From: Candidatus Bathyarchaeota archaeon
Lineage (GTDB): Archaea; Thermoproteota; Bathyarchaeia; Bathyarchaeales; Bathyarchaeaceae
Direction of reading: 5' to 3'
DNA length: 64,000 nucleotides
NCBI GenBank assembly: GCA_963697165.1
Contig: CAVOMX010000011.1
Coordinates: forward strand, 128,001-192,000
The position numbers were made by a program, and so were the translations under genes. The stretch's first letter is position 1. Every line of letters begins with the position of its first letter. The notes beneath the pieces are model-generated. The model was given only the letters and a program-made list of their open reading frames with translations. It did no database searches and had not been told where the DNA came from. This document shows positions 50,126-60,301 of the stretch, piece after piece.

Positions 50126-50488
50126 ATGAGATTGATTCATTTTTCAAAATATGATATTGCCCTATTTATTGAGGACAAAGGAAAAACGCGATGGACTCAT
50201 CTTCTAAAAGAATTTGTTGAGAATGGATCGGAGAAACACATCTCAAGACAAAGATTAACTGACTATCTGAAAGAGTTAGTTGATGAAGGACTTGTCACAA
50301 AATCCGTTGATCCAACTGCATTAATGCTTAGACAGTTGTGGCGAGTTTATCCGGTCTATACAGTAGCAAAAAGTAGAAAAAAAAGACTGTTAGAAATTAG
50401 AAACAAAAAAAAGATGTTAGAGTTCATTGATTCTGCAAACCCAGAAGAAATCAAAAAATTACAGGAACACTTTAAAGATAAATTTTAA
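50126..50488 (+). CDS. Winged-helix DNA-binding protein (HxlR/MarR-like)
   Basis: RW..L, ISRQRL..YLKELV.EGLV.K. Confidence 0.7.
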   Translation: MRLIHFSKYDIALFIEDKGKTRWTHLLKEFVENGSEKHISRQRLTDYLKELVDEGLVTKSVDPTALMLRQLWRVYPVYTVAKSRKKRLLEIRNKKKMLEFIDSANPEEIKKLQEHFKDKF

Positions 50489-50578
50489 CCCCAACTCATC
50501 ACCACTATACAAAAAATTATATACATAAAACAAGTACCGTTTACTATTGTTTTTGTAGCCTTTCGGAAGGGGAAATTT

Positions 50579-51151
50579 ATGATAGATGAAATTGAGACAG
50601 AAAATTACTCTGGTGCTTGGAAAAAATTCTTGAAAAAGCATTGGACTATGTTTGCTTTATTTGTAGTAGCAGCTATTGTGGCATCAGTAGGTGCAATTTA
50701 TGTCTTTTTGTGGTTCGTCGGGGATGCCCAATCAACAGGTATGATGCCATCGACTTTGGGTCTATGGACAATGGATAATATGGTGACCTTTATGTTACAT
50801 TTGATTTTCTGGGAACTTGTCATAATCGGAATCCCAGTAATAATTGCAGCAGCAGCAGGTTATCTGTGGTGGAGACGATTGCCTAATGATGAAAAGAAGG
50901 AATACAATTTCTTTGGCAAGCGTTCACACACGACAAGCGGAGGAGGCGGAATATCGTTTTTGTTCTTTATTGCGTTCTGCATCAAGGTTTTCATCGATGA
51001 TAAGTGGAATGTTGCTATTGCAAATTGGACATTTGACTATGTAGTAGATTCTATGATTTCAATACTAATCTGGAGTCTAATTATCTTTGGAATCCCTATA
51101 GCTATAGGCGTTCTCTTGTGGATACGCCATGAGATGAAAAAGAAGCCTTAG
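50579..51151 (+). CDS. Hypothetical membrane protein (4 TM)
   Basis: 190-aa ORF with hydrophobic helices. Confidence 0.7.
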   Translation: MIDEIETENYSGAWKKFLKKHWTMFALFVVAAIVASVGAIYVFLWFVGDAQSTGMMPSTLGLWTMDNMVTFMLHLIFWELVIIGIPVIIAAAAGYLWWRRLPNDEKKEYNFFGKRSHTTSGGGGISFLFFIAFCIKVFIDDKWNVAIANWTFDYVVDSMISILIWSLIIFGIPIAIGVLLWIRHEMKKKP

Positions 51152-51313
51152 AATCTTTTTTACTTGCTTTTTCCCTTCGCCGAGATTAGGGAAGTCGTCC
51201 ATAGTTAACGAGCACTTGGATTTAGATTTAATCTTTGTATGCGCGCCCATTTAGTGTTTAAAATTTAACGCCAAACCCAAACAAGAGTTAGAGAATACAA
51301 CGGTGCATGTGAA

Positions 51314-51637
51314 TTATTTTGACAAATCACTGAATACTTGTTCTAGATTTTGCTGATATTCTTTGAAGGCACTACGTCCTTTTTTTGTTAATTTCAGTGC
51401 TGTATGGGGTTTTCGTTCAATGAACTCTTTCACGATTTCAACATAACCTGCTTTTTCAAGCTTGCTTAAATGGGCAGATAGATTACCGGGAGTCATCTGA
51501 AGTTGATGTTGAAGGAATAGGAAGTCTGCACTTTCAACAACATAGAGTTGAGTCATAATCATCAATCTAGTAGGTTCATGTATAACTCGGTCAATGTTCT
51601 TCAGGTTAGAAGGATTCTTGGGCAATGATTTTGTCAC
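51314..51637 (-). CDS. Winged-helix transcriptional regulator (HTH_34 type)
   Basis: IHEPTRL.IM..L, DF..L, T.GNLS.HL.KLE.AGYV, K.F...KP.T. Confidence 0.9.
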   Translation of the reverse strand: MTKSLPKNPSNLKNIDRVIHEPTRLMIMTQLYVVESADFLFLQHQLQMTPGNLSAHLSKLEKAGYVEIVKEFIERKPHTALKLTKKGRSAFKEYQQNLEQVFSDLSK

Positions 51638-52247
51638 CTTGCGGTAGTGGATATTTTCGTATGAATCGCATCAAAAGAACAAAGCCACTGATAACGATTA
51701 CAAACCCTATGGTTACTAAGAAATATTCAAATGGAATAGCTACGAAATAACCTGTGATAAACAGCACAAATGTTAACAGTCCATATCCATAAAGCCGCTT
51801 GAGACCCATAGTATATGCGAAGAGACTGGAAATAATTGCCGCTCCGACACCGATTATTATCATACTATTTGAAACGATTAGATCCATCAGCGTCAATGCC
51901 CAATCTTCACTTGCCGAGAAAGTAAAAATCGCGAAAGTTCCCAAACCTGCCACCATTAGTCCAATGAAGATTGCCGTTAACCTATTTGCTCCTCCACTTC
52001 TAAACTTTACATAACCAATCCTTGGCATTGTTATCCGCTTCTTTGCCGAAATCCAAATGGGTATCATAATTGCAGGAAAAATTGCTGGAATTACAAACCA
52101 TGTGCTAAAATCGGTCATAGTCAGTAGTAAAATTCCTATGCCAAATAATAGAATATAAACGCCAACAAATATGTCGAGTAAGCCGTCTTGATTATATGAC
52201 ATGTAAGTCTTTTTCTCGATTTCCCTCAAACTAGTTTTTTTAGTCAT
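51606..52247 (-). CDS. Membrane protein co-transcribed with the wHTH regulator
   Basis: DGL.DI..G, K.RIT.PR.GYV, RF..KYP; about 6 TM; overlaps the regulator. Confidence 0.75.
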   Translation of the reverse strand: MTKKTSLREIEKKTYMSYNQDGLLDIFVGVYILLFGIGILLLTMTDFSTWFVIPAIFPAIMIPIWISAKKRITMPRIGYVKFRSGGANRLTAIFIGLMVAGLGTFAIFTFSASEDWALTLMDLIVSNSMIIIGVGAAIISSLFAYTMGLKRLYGYGLLTFVLFITGYFVAIPFEYFLVTIGFVIVISGFVLLMRFIRKYPLPQGDKIIAQESF

Positions 52248-52620
52248 TTAATCACCAAGAGTATAAACTACATCTTAATATAAAAGGCTTTGTATTGTAA
52301 AGTAATTTGTCACAATAATATTTGCGCATGCATTAAAGATTTTAATCTTGAGCTAACTAAAGATTTAAGGAATTTTTAGATGTTAAAATTGAGTTCAATA
52401 TCAGAACTAAAACCTAAATCATCTTCTGTTGAATCAAAGGTATTCGTATTTTACTAGAAAAAACAGTTAAAGAACCAACAGATTAGAGCGAACAGTTCAA
52501 CAGTTAATTTTTAATCCAACTTATACTCACTAAGATAACGCACATTTCGTGCAAAGGGGGAGAAGAGCAGAAGCTATATTTTTTGCATTTCTTTCCTTTA
52601 AGAAAAAACAATAGGGGGAG

Positions 52621-53058
52621 GTGATTGATTTAAGTAGAGTTTTGAATATCGCATCCGCTTTGATAGCCATCGTGGACATAATAGGTGTGGTATACGCCTT
52701 ACAAAATTTATTCTTGATTCCCATAGACGAAGGATTGCTTGGAGTAACCGTTTCGCAGATTCGTGCTTTCAACCCAAATGTCATGGATCAAATAACGCTT
52801 CTATACCAATTCATGGGACTATATATGTTTGGCACCACTTCGAGTGCCGCTATCATAGCTTTACTACCATATAGGAAGGGAGAAAAATGGGCTTGGTACA
52901 CACAGCTGGTTATAGGCGGTATCGCTCTGTTCGGGCAACTTGTCCTTGTGTACATTGCCGGTAATCTTCTGCCTGCATACATGCTTCCATTTAACATAAT
53001 ACTAATCATACTCTGGTTAATTGGAATAATTCTTCCAATCAAAGAATTCTTCAGCTAA
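52621..53058 (+). CDS. Hypothetical membrane protein
   Basis: 4 TM helices; PYRKGEKWAW motif; GGGGAG SD. Confidence 0.7.
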   Translation: MIDLSRVLNIASALIAIVDIIGVVYALQNLFLIPIDEGLLGVTVSQIRAFNPNVMDQITLLYQFMGLYMFGTTSSAAIIALLPYRKGEKWAWYTQLVIGGIALFGQLVLVYIAGNLLPAYMLPFNIILIILWLIGIILPIKEFFS

Positions 53059-53280
53059 ACAAGAACAATAAAAATTGTTAGCTAAGTTCTCCAACAAGTA
53101 CGTTAATTCTTTACAGTTACCTAGCTAGTGCTCTACTTTTCTTAACAGCAACATTAATTGGGATTCTAGTTAGAAAAAGAGTGATGAGAGCGCGAACTTC
53201 CGTATCTTAGAGATTTTTTTCGACATGCGCGCGTTAATTTGATATAATGGGTATGATGTTCTAGTTGTGGGGAATTTGCT

Positions 53281-54324
53281 TTGAAGTTGGTTGAGGTTCT
53301 GGAGAAACTTTCGAACACTAATGGAGTAACAGGAAGAGAAGACGACGTTCGAAAGTTAATGGAAAAGTATCTGAAGCCCTACGTTGACGAAGTCAGGGAA
53401 GACAAACTTGGAAACCTGATTGCATTCAAGAAGGGCAAGAAGGATGCGCCAACCGTCATGATTGCAGCCCACATGGACGAGGTTGGACTCATGATAAAAA
53501 ACATAAAGAAAAAAGGTTTCCTCCAGTTTACTAAGATTGGGGGAATCGACGACCGTATCCTCTTGGCACAGAATGTCATTGTCCACACGGACAAAGGTCC
53601 CTTAACTGGAGTTATTGGCTCAAAACCAGTCCACATACAGACTGAGGCAGAGAAAAAGAAGGTCATTGAGGCGGATAAACTCTTCATCGACATCGGAGCC
53701 AAAGACAAAGAAGAAGCAGAAAAGATGGGAGTCCAAGTCGGCGATGTTGTAAGTTTTGACACAAAATTTACCCAAATAGGCGACAATGTTGTTTTGGGAA
53801 AGGCTTTCGACGACCGTGTTGGATGCGTCATAATGATTGAAATCATGAAGAGACTGCAAAATGTTGACTGTAACGTTTACGCTGTAGGTACAATACAGGA
53901 GGAGGTTGGTCTAAGGGGAGCAACAATAGCCGCCTTCCAGATAGAACCTGACTTGGGCATCGCCTTTGACGCAAGCGTGGCAGGTGACACTCCGGGAGTT
54001 GGAGAGGGAGAGGCTCCAGCAAAGATGGGAGAGGGACCTGTCTTAACGGTGGCAGACGCAGGCTTAATCGCGCATCCGAAAGTGTTAAGGTTGCTTATTG
54101 ATTCGGCGAAGCAAAACAACATTCCGTATCAGCTGGAGACTGGAATCCGAGGCGCCACGGATGCCGCTAGAATCGCCTTAAGCAGGGACGGCGTGCCAAG
54201 TGGAGTAGTTTCGATTGCAGCCCGTTATATTCACAGTCCAGCAGGTATCCTGAACCTCGATGATGTAGAGAAAGCCATAGAGCTTGCGGTCGCAGTTATA
54301 GAGAATGTTCCAAAATATTTTTGA
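53281..54324 (+). CDS. M42 (TET) family aminopeptidase
   Basis: AAHMDEVG, IGGID, FIDIGA, KAFDDR.G, QEEVGLRGA, TDA, RYIHS. Confidence 0.95.
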   Translation: MKLVEVLEKLSNTNGVTGREDDVRKLMEKYLKPYVDEVREDKLGNLIAFKKGKKDAPTVMIAAHMDEVGLMIKNIKKKGFLQFTKIGGIDDRILLAQNVIVHTDKGPLTGVIGSKPVHIQTEAEKKKVIEADKLFIDIGAKDKEEAEKMGVQVGDVVSFDTKFTQIGDNVVLGKAFDDRVGCVIMIEIMKRLQNVDCNVYAVGTIQEEVGLRGATIAAFQIEPDLGIAFDASVAGDTPGVGEGEAPAKMGEGPVLTVADAGLIAHPKVLRLLIDSAKQNNIPYQLETGIRGATDAARIALSRDGVPSGVVSIAARYIHSPAGILNLDDVEKAIELAVAVIENVPKYF

Positions 54325-54349
54325 CCATAGCCGCAAACTGGAGTTTGAG

Positions 54350-54781
54350 ATGAAAAAACGTTTCAAGTTCCTAGAGCACACAGCCGACGCGTATATCGAA
54401 GCGTACGGAGAAACCTTAGAAGAGGCATTCGAAAACGCGGCAGCTGCAATGACGGATGTTATGACCGAACTTGAAAAGGTTGAAGCACAAACTGAAGAAA
54501 GCTTCATGGTTGAGGGGCAAGATGAGCCTGCTCTTCTTTACAGTTGGCTTGAGGAACTGCTGCTCGAGTTCGAGTTGAAGGGTAACCTGTATTCCCGTTT
54601 TGAGGTTTTGGGCATTGAAGAAACTTCTGAAGGGGTTAGGCTGCGTGCGAAAGCGTGGGGAGAAAAATATGACCCAGAAAGGCATCCGACGAAGGTGGGA
54701 ATAAAAGCGGCAACGTATCATCGGATGGAAATTCTGAAAGAACCAGATCTAGTAACAGTCAGGTTCATACTAGATATTTAA
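54350..54781 (+). CDS. Archease (RtcB tRNA-ligase cofactor)
   Basis: FLEHTAD, LEEAF.NAA, LLY.WLEELL, IKAATYH, C-terminal LDI. Confidence 0.95.
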   Translation: MKKRFKFLEHTADAYIEAYGETLEEAFENAAAAMTDVMTELEKVEAQTEESFMVEGQDEPALLYSWLEELLLEFELKGNLYSRFEVLGIEETSEGVRLRAKAWGEKYDPERHPTKVGIKAATYHRMEILKEPDLVTVRFILDI

Positions 54782-54906
54782 CTACTGTTTACAGAGCGTC
54801 AACATTAATCACAGTGATCTTCAGGAATATCAACAGGATTACCTGTACTGAACAACGGGGTCTTGCGTAAAAGCTTATAGACCGCCAATAATGAATCAGT
54901 CTGGTT

Positions 54907-54993
54907 GGAGGGATGGCAGAGCGGATAACGCGCAGGCCTTGAAAGCCTGTGACCCCCTGGGTCGCGTGGGTTCGAATCCCACTCCCTCCGCCA
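54907..54993 (+). tRNA. tRNA-Ser(TGA), intronless, long variable arm, CCA encoded
   Basis: Acceptor GGAGGGA/TCCCTCC; CAGGC-CTTGAAA-GCCTG; GTGGG-TTCGAAT-CCCAC; G discriminator. Confidence 0.96.
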
Positions 54994-55284
54994 CAAAAAC
55001 AACCACGGTCTGCAGTGCAATTTTCATTTGAGCTTCTTGAAGATTTTAACACCTTTATCTTGGAATTCGGTAACATTTTATTTATTAAACTAATTTGAAA
55101 ATTTTTGCCTCACAAATAAACCCCATTAGGACACGAGCCCAGGTAAATCAGGACTCTAGTTTCAGGTTTCGGTTGCATGTAAAATATATCGAATTATCTA
55201 TGTAATTTATCGGACATATATCATATTTTGAATTGCAGTCACTTACGCAATAACCAACATATTAAATCAAAAGATACAATAAAC

Positions 55285-55668
55285 ATGAATGTGGACTCTT
55301 ACATGAATGCACTAAAAAATCTGAAAAAAATAAACCAACGCAAACTAACAGTCTTGACCGCAAGCCTACTCATAATAATAGGATTCAGCATCTGGATGTA
55401 CGCAACATCCATAATCCAGAACCATACACAATTACTTACAACCTCAAACCTAACGCAGAAAGAAATATGGAGTTACGAAGGAGCACTCCAATGGTGGAAA
55501 ATAACCTACGCCACAACAATCACTCCTCTGACAACAATCATGATAACTTTTGGAGCCATTACATTACTAGGTCCAATACTATGGACAAAAAAACATCAAA
55601 AACAAGTTCTCAAGACCTTTACGGACAGCCTTGAACTTGCATCAACAGAAAAATTTGAGATCAAATAA
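55285..55668 (+). CDS. Hypothetical membrane protein (2 TM)
   Basis: Two hydrophobic helices flanking W.YEGALQWW. Confidence 0.6.
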   Translation: MNVDSYMNALKNLKKINQRKLTVLTASLLIIIGFSIWMYATSIIQNHTQLLTTSNLTQKEIWSYEGALQWWKITYATTITPLTTIMITFGAITLLGPILWTKKHQKQVLKTFTDSLELASTEKFEIK

Positions 55669-55898
55669 GTCAGCGGGCATTAAAGAAAACGCCCAAAGAA
55701 CATATTTTCCTACCGCGGCATCACTACTTTAGAAATCGCCTTTTTGGTGCCGATTTGGTAGATATTCCAGAACTGAAGAGCATACTAAGGACATATATGC
55801 TAGTTTTTGCATAAAAATGACCGAAAGCTTCAGAAAGTCTTTCCTCAAACTTATATACAACAATAAAAAAAAGGAACTGGGTTGGAGAAGGAACCTTC

Positions 55899-56558
55899 GT
55901 GAATTCTGATGTCTTGACGTATGCAATTGCACTCGGGGCAGTTATAGTATCTTTGATAACAATCTATATGATGAGGAGAGGAAGGAAAAACATCGACCAA
56001 GAGCCGCCCGAAATTCTCGAAACCACCACGATATTGCCTCTCAAGGGGGACCGAACAGTTACGCCTTTCGACGCTCAGAAATCCAAAAAGCAACTCAGAA
56101 TATTAGATGTTGAAAGAGAAATCCTCAGTTTTGGCATCCGCCGCATCTACGAAGCTCAAGCAGAAGGCAAGATTGATGAGAAGGAGAGAGACAGCTTAGC
56201 ACAGAACTACAAGTCGAGGATGCGAGAGATCAAAGACTCAATCACCGAAAAAGAGTCGATTGTAGCCCTCCATCAACTGGAATCAATGCAAGATGATCTC
56301 ATAAAACTATTCAATGATCGCTTCGACGAAATAAACAAGAAGATAGGCGGCTTGAGGGTAAACCTAGACATAAAGCCAAAACCCGAGACCTCCAAACCTG
56401 CACCATCTGCAGCGTCTTCTCAAACTGAGAAAGTCAAGAAGAAGCCAAAGCAGCCCTCGAAACCGAAGAAAACTGATGCTGAAGAGAGAATTGACCAGAT
56501 CAGGTCCGAGGTGGAAAAGGTTTTGGAGCGGCTTGGGCAAATCGAAACTGAGGCTTGA
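55899..56558 (+). CDS. Membrane-anchored coiled-coil protein
   Basis: N-terminal TM, helical core (IYEAQAEGKIDEKERD), K/P-rich linker, C-terminal amphipathic helix. Confidence 0.7.
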   Translation: MNSDVLTYAIALGAVIVSLITIYMMRRGRKNIDQEPPEILETTTILPLKGDRTVTPFDAQKSKKQLRILDVEREILSFGIRRIYEAQAEGKIDEKERDSLAQNYKSRMREIKDSITEKESIVALHQLESMQDDLIKLFNDRFDEINKKIGGLRVNLDIKPKPETSKPAPSAASSQTEKVKKKPKQPSKPKKTDAEERIDQIRSEVEKVLERLGQIETEA

Positions 56559-56562
56559 TTAG

Positions 56563-57252
56563 GTGGATTGGCGAGAAGAAGCAAAAAAACGGGTAGCACT
56601 TGAAGCGGTTAAGCATGTAGAAGACGGCTTCGTTGTGGGGCTGGGTAGTGGAAGCACAGCTGCATACGTGATTCAGGAGATAGGACGGCTGATGCAGCAG
56701 GATGGTTTACGGGTTCTCGGAGTGCCAAGTTCTAGTCAAGCAATGATTTTGGCTGTACGGTCAGGAGTTCCCCTAACGACATTAGACGAGTACCCCATCC
56801 TTGACTTAGCCATAGATGGAGCCGACGAGGTCGACCATAAACTAGACATGATTAAGGGAGGAGGTGGAGCATTAACACGAGAAAAAATAGTTGCCTCAGC
56901 AGCCAAGCAGGTTGTCATAGTTGCGGATGAAACGAAACTGGTAGAGAAACTGGGAATAACCTTCCGTGTTCCAGTGGAGGTTTTACCCTTTGCATTGGCA
57001 ACGGCTACGGCAGGAATAAACGAGCTGGACGGAAAAACTCTGTTGCGTGAGGGAAAAGGAAAGGTCGGCGCAGTTGTGACGGATAATGGCAACTATATCG
57101 TGGACGTCGATTTTGGAGCAATAGCGGACATCAAAGAACTGAATCAGCGACTTAAGCTGATCCCCGGCGTAATTGAAACGGGTCTCTTTATAGGAATCGC
57201 GAACATAGTTTACCTAGGAAAACCTGATGGAATAACCAAACTAAAAAAGTAA
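56563..57252 (+). CDS. rpiA: Ribose-5-phosphate isomerase A
   Basis: GLGSGST, DGADEVD, IKGGGGALTREK, TDNGN, GVIETGLF. Confidence 0.97.
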   Translation: MDWREEAKKRVALEAVKHVEDGFVVGLGSGSTAAYVIQEIGRLMQQDGLRVLGVPSSSQAMILAVRSGVPLTTLDEYPILDLAIDGADEVDHKLDMIKGGGGALTREKIVASAAKQVVIVADETKLVEKLGITFRVPVEVLPFALATATAGINELDGKTLLREGKGKVGAVVTDNGNYIVDVDFGAIADIKELNQRLKLIPGVIETGLFIGIANIVYLGKPDGITKLKK

Positions 57253-57600
57253 AAAATGTTTCTGAACAGCGTTTACAGGCTCACATTTCTTTGTAAATTA
57301 TTGAGTTATGGATACAAAAGCATCAACAAACTCCAGAAAAAACCGCAAAAACATCCAGCTTCACTCGAATATTAGTATACTAATAATACTTCATTGGTGA
57401 AAACACCCTTTTCCACGATTAACTTTAGAAAAATAGAATTTCTACTGAAACACAATTTAACGCTAGAAAATTTTTTTGTGGCAATTAATCTTCTAAAACA
57501 GTCTTTTTTCCTAAAAACAAGCAAAACAAGAAATGCTAATCCAAAAAGTTAATTTCTTCCGAAAACAACCATGAACTAAAGATGGAATGGCGAATTTAAT

Positions 57601-57855
57601 TTGCATGCATATGTTCTAATCACAGTTAAGTCGGGTTCAGAAAGGGATTTTCTGAAAGGAATCTGCGAATTCAAAGAAGTTACTGAAGCAAATCTTGTTA
57701 TTGGAGAAAACGACATCGTAATAAAAATAGACGTTAAAGACATTGTTCACTTGGACAAATTTTTGACAGAGAAACTCAGAGTATTGCCCGACGTTTTCCT
57801 TACAACAACCATGATAATCACCGAGCAATTCAAACCAAAAGAAGGCATAATGTAA
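57601..57855 (+). CDS. Stand-alone Lrp/AsnC ligand-binding (RAM) domain protein
   Basis: AYVLI.V..G.E, V.EA..V.GE.DI..KI, LR....V..T.T.I; no HTH. Confidence 0.85.
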   Translation: MHAYVLITVKSGSERDFLKGICEFKEVTEANLVIGENDIVIKIDVKDIVHLDKFLTEKLRVLPDVFLTTTMIITEQFKPKEGIM

Positions 57856-57885
57856 TCGGTTAGCCATCAGCAGTAATCACCTGTC

Positions 57886-58424
57886 TTAGACTAGTGCCCT
57901 CAACAGATATACGTAAGCAGACCTCTATAATCGCAGCCACAAAGAAAATCAAGTAAATCGCAGCAAGAGACTTAGTTGTCATCTTTCTGTTTCAATGTCT
58001 TTTCTATGGTCTTGAAAATTCCATACCCTTCAATAATCGCGTTTGGAGTGCTTAACAGAACAACAAAAATCAGCGTGTCAACCACAACCTGACCATAAAC
58101 CAGCATGCTCGCCCTGAGAATGCTGATAAAAATAATCATCACCGTGAAAACAAACGCAAAAATGCGCGGATTATGAAGAAGCACATACTCTGACTTCCTT
58201 TGAGGCATAAAATTCAAGACAAGCCCAACATAGAACGTCATCCCGAGCAGAATAAGAGAAACAACCAAAACATTATGCACAAAAACAAACAAAACAGCCA
58301 ACGGTGGATTCAAAAAAACATCCCCAACACTCCCAAAAAAAGAACCGTTCTCCACATAAGCAAAAACAAGCAACAAAACAAAAACTAAACCAAGAATAAC
58401 CGTCCTTTTCTTCTGATCCACCAC
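57886..58424 (-). CDS. SpoIIM/DUF95-like membrane protein; frameshifted C-terminus
   Basis: FVHNVLV, PNAIIEGY, and AAIIE in the shifted frame. Confidence 0.55.
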
Positions 58425-58429
58425 AGCAT

Positions 58430-58882
58430 CTCCTCAATTCTTGAAACAGCACTAGCCAACCACGAACACAGGTAACCAACTGAAAAGCAGCGAATACCCC
58501 AATAGGATACTCAAAATCGCTAGAATAACAACCGCGACTAATCACAGAAGTTACTCCCACGGCGATAGAGCCCGCCAAACCCGTTTCATAGTAGTATCTA
58601 ACTAAAAGCAACCACGCAATCAAAGACAGAACCGCTGCGACCTCTAGGCTAAAAACAGAGAGGCATACAATGAAAACGAGGGTTCCGAGAACAGAAATCG
58701 ACAAGCGCATCCTTTAAGCTGACTCTGTTTCGTCCAACAACAATATTTCCTGCTAAATAGAAGACACCAGACAGAACAGCAAAGATTATGGTAAAAGAAA
58801 TTATGGAAAAAAGAATCTCAGCAAGTTCAGATGATAAAAGCAACGTATCCGCAATGAGGGCGGCAACAGAAGCAGCCAGCAT
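58430..58882 (-). CDS. Hypothetical membrane protein; frameshifted
   Basis: Hydrophobic segments continue across two frames (FYLAG.IVVG...; LVRYYYETG). End coordinate is approximate. Confidence 0.55.
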
Positions 58883-59099
58883 AAGACGTCACCAAGATAT
58901 CCTACGAATACAACTGGCTTCCAAATAAAGGATTTGTTAACCTCTCCTCTTGCTAATTCACACTAAAAACAGCCCCAAAAACAGCCAATTAACAGTAAAA
59001 ATTGAACATAAAAGACGTTTTTCTTTTCGGGGATAAGGATAACTCTTTAAAGGAAGGTGATTCCAGAAATAAACTCCCAGTTAAGAGGACGTTGAATTT

Positions 59100-60300
59100 A
59101 TGAAATCACAAAACCCTGCCATAATCGGAGTCGGCAGGACAAAATTTGGAGAACATTATGAAAGAGAGCCTGAATCTCTAATAGAGGAAGCTGGACTTCA
59201 AGCACTAGATTCTGCGTGCATAACACGAAAAGACTTGAACGCCTGCTACCTTTCAGACTACTTCCTCCAAGTCACAAACAAAATCGGACTTGAAGAAGGC
59301 TTCTTTTCTGAACTCCTAGAACTTCATGTTCCAATGGAAAAAACCAGATCATTCAGCTCCGCACTTCTCAACGCCTGCCATGCAGTCAAATCAGGAACAT
59401 ATGACATTGTCCTAGTTGGCGGAATGGAGAAAATGACTGACCGCTGGGACAAAATCAGAGACGCCCTGATGCTCCTAGAGGACCCATGGAGCTACTATGC
59501 GGGATGTACACCCGAAGCAAATCATGAACTTCTTCTCAACGGATACATCAAAAAATACGGAATCTCCGGAGAGCAACTCGAAAAACTTTACAGGGCTCTT
59601 GCTCAGATATCCGTCAAAAACCACAACAACGCCACACAGAACCCCCACGCCCAATATCAGAGCGCCATAACAGTAGACACTGTATTGAATGCGCGGACTA
59701 CAGCCAGATCCTTGGGGCTCTTCGACTTTGCTCCCATCTCTGACGGAGCCTCAGCATTGATTCTGGCAAGCCCAGAGGTTGCCAAGAAATGTTCAAGCAT
59801 TCCGGTTCAGATTTTAGGATCATCTTCAGCCACAGACTACATCACCTTTCCCGCACGAAAGGACAGAACAGGATTTGTAGCAAACACGTTAGCCATGCAG
59901 ACCGCCCTCAAACAGGCTAAAGTTGAAGTGGCTGACATTCAGATAGCAGAGCTCTACGATCAATCAACGCTCCTGGAAATGCTGTCTCTAGAAGACATGG
60001 GTTTCTCCAAGAGAGGAAAAGCATGGCTTGACATATACAAAAGCTGCGAATCCTATCAGTGGCTTCTACCAAATCGAGGGCAGAAAGCTTTTCGTAAACT
60101 TGAATGGAGGTCTCAAGGCTGACGGGAATCCCCTTGGAGCCACTGGAGGAGCCCAAATATTTGAGGTTGTTAAACAGTTAAGGGGAGAAGCAGGTAGCCG
60201 ACAGGTTCACGTGAACGGAGAAGCTCCTAGGCTGGGTTGTGTTTCAGAGCTGGAAGGTTTTGGCACAAAAGCGTACATAAACATTTTGGGGAGGAGCTAA
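59100..60300 (+). CDS. Thiolase-fold protein lacking catalytic Cys and His residues; frameshift near 60055
   Basis: [33 protein letters not shown] and GGLKA.G.PLGATG are retained; the EAACAS, HD and GH motifs are lost. Confidence 0.88.
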
Positions 60301-60301
60301 A

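Noticed and set aside
54789..55076. Minus-strand ORFs of 95 and 71 aa
   Set aside because: Antisense shadows of tRNA-Ser.
54994..55230. Integrated element at tRNA-Ser (also checked at tRNA-Met)
   Set aside because: No integrase and no duplicated tRNA 3' end seen in the window.
55899..56558. Possible ESCRT-I steadiness-box similarity (IYEAQAEGKID)
   Set aside because: The pattern is too short and generic, and no ESCRT or Cdv genes are nearby.
58255..58400. A/C-rich low-complexity stretch resembling a repeat array
   Set aside because: It is the reverse complement of Val/Phe/Leu codons of a membrane protein; there is no repeat-spacer periodicity, so not CRISPR.
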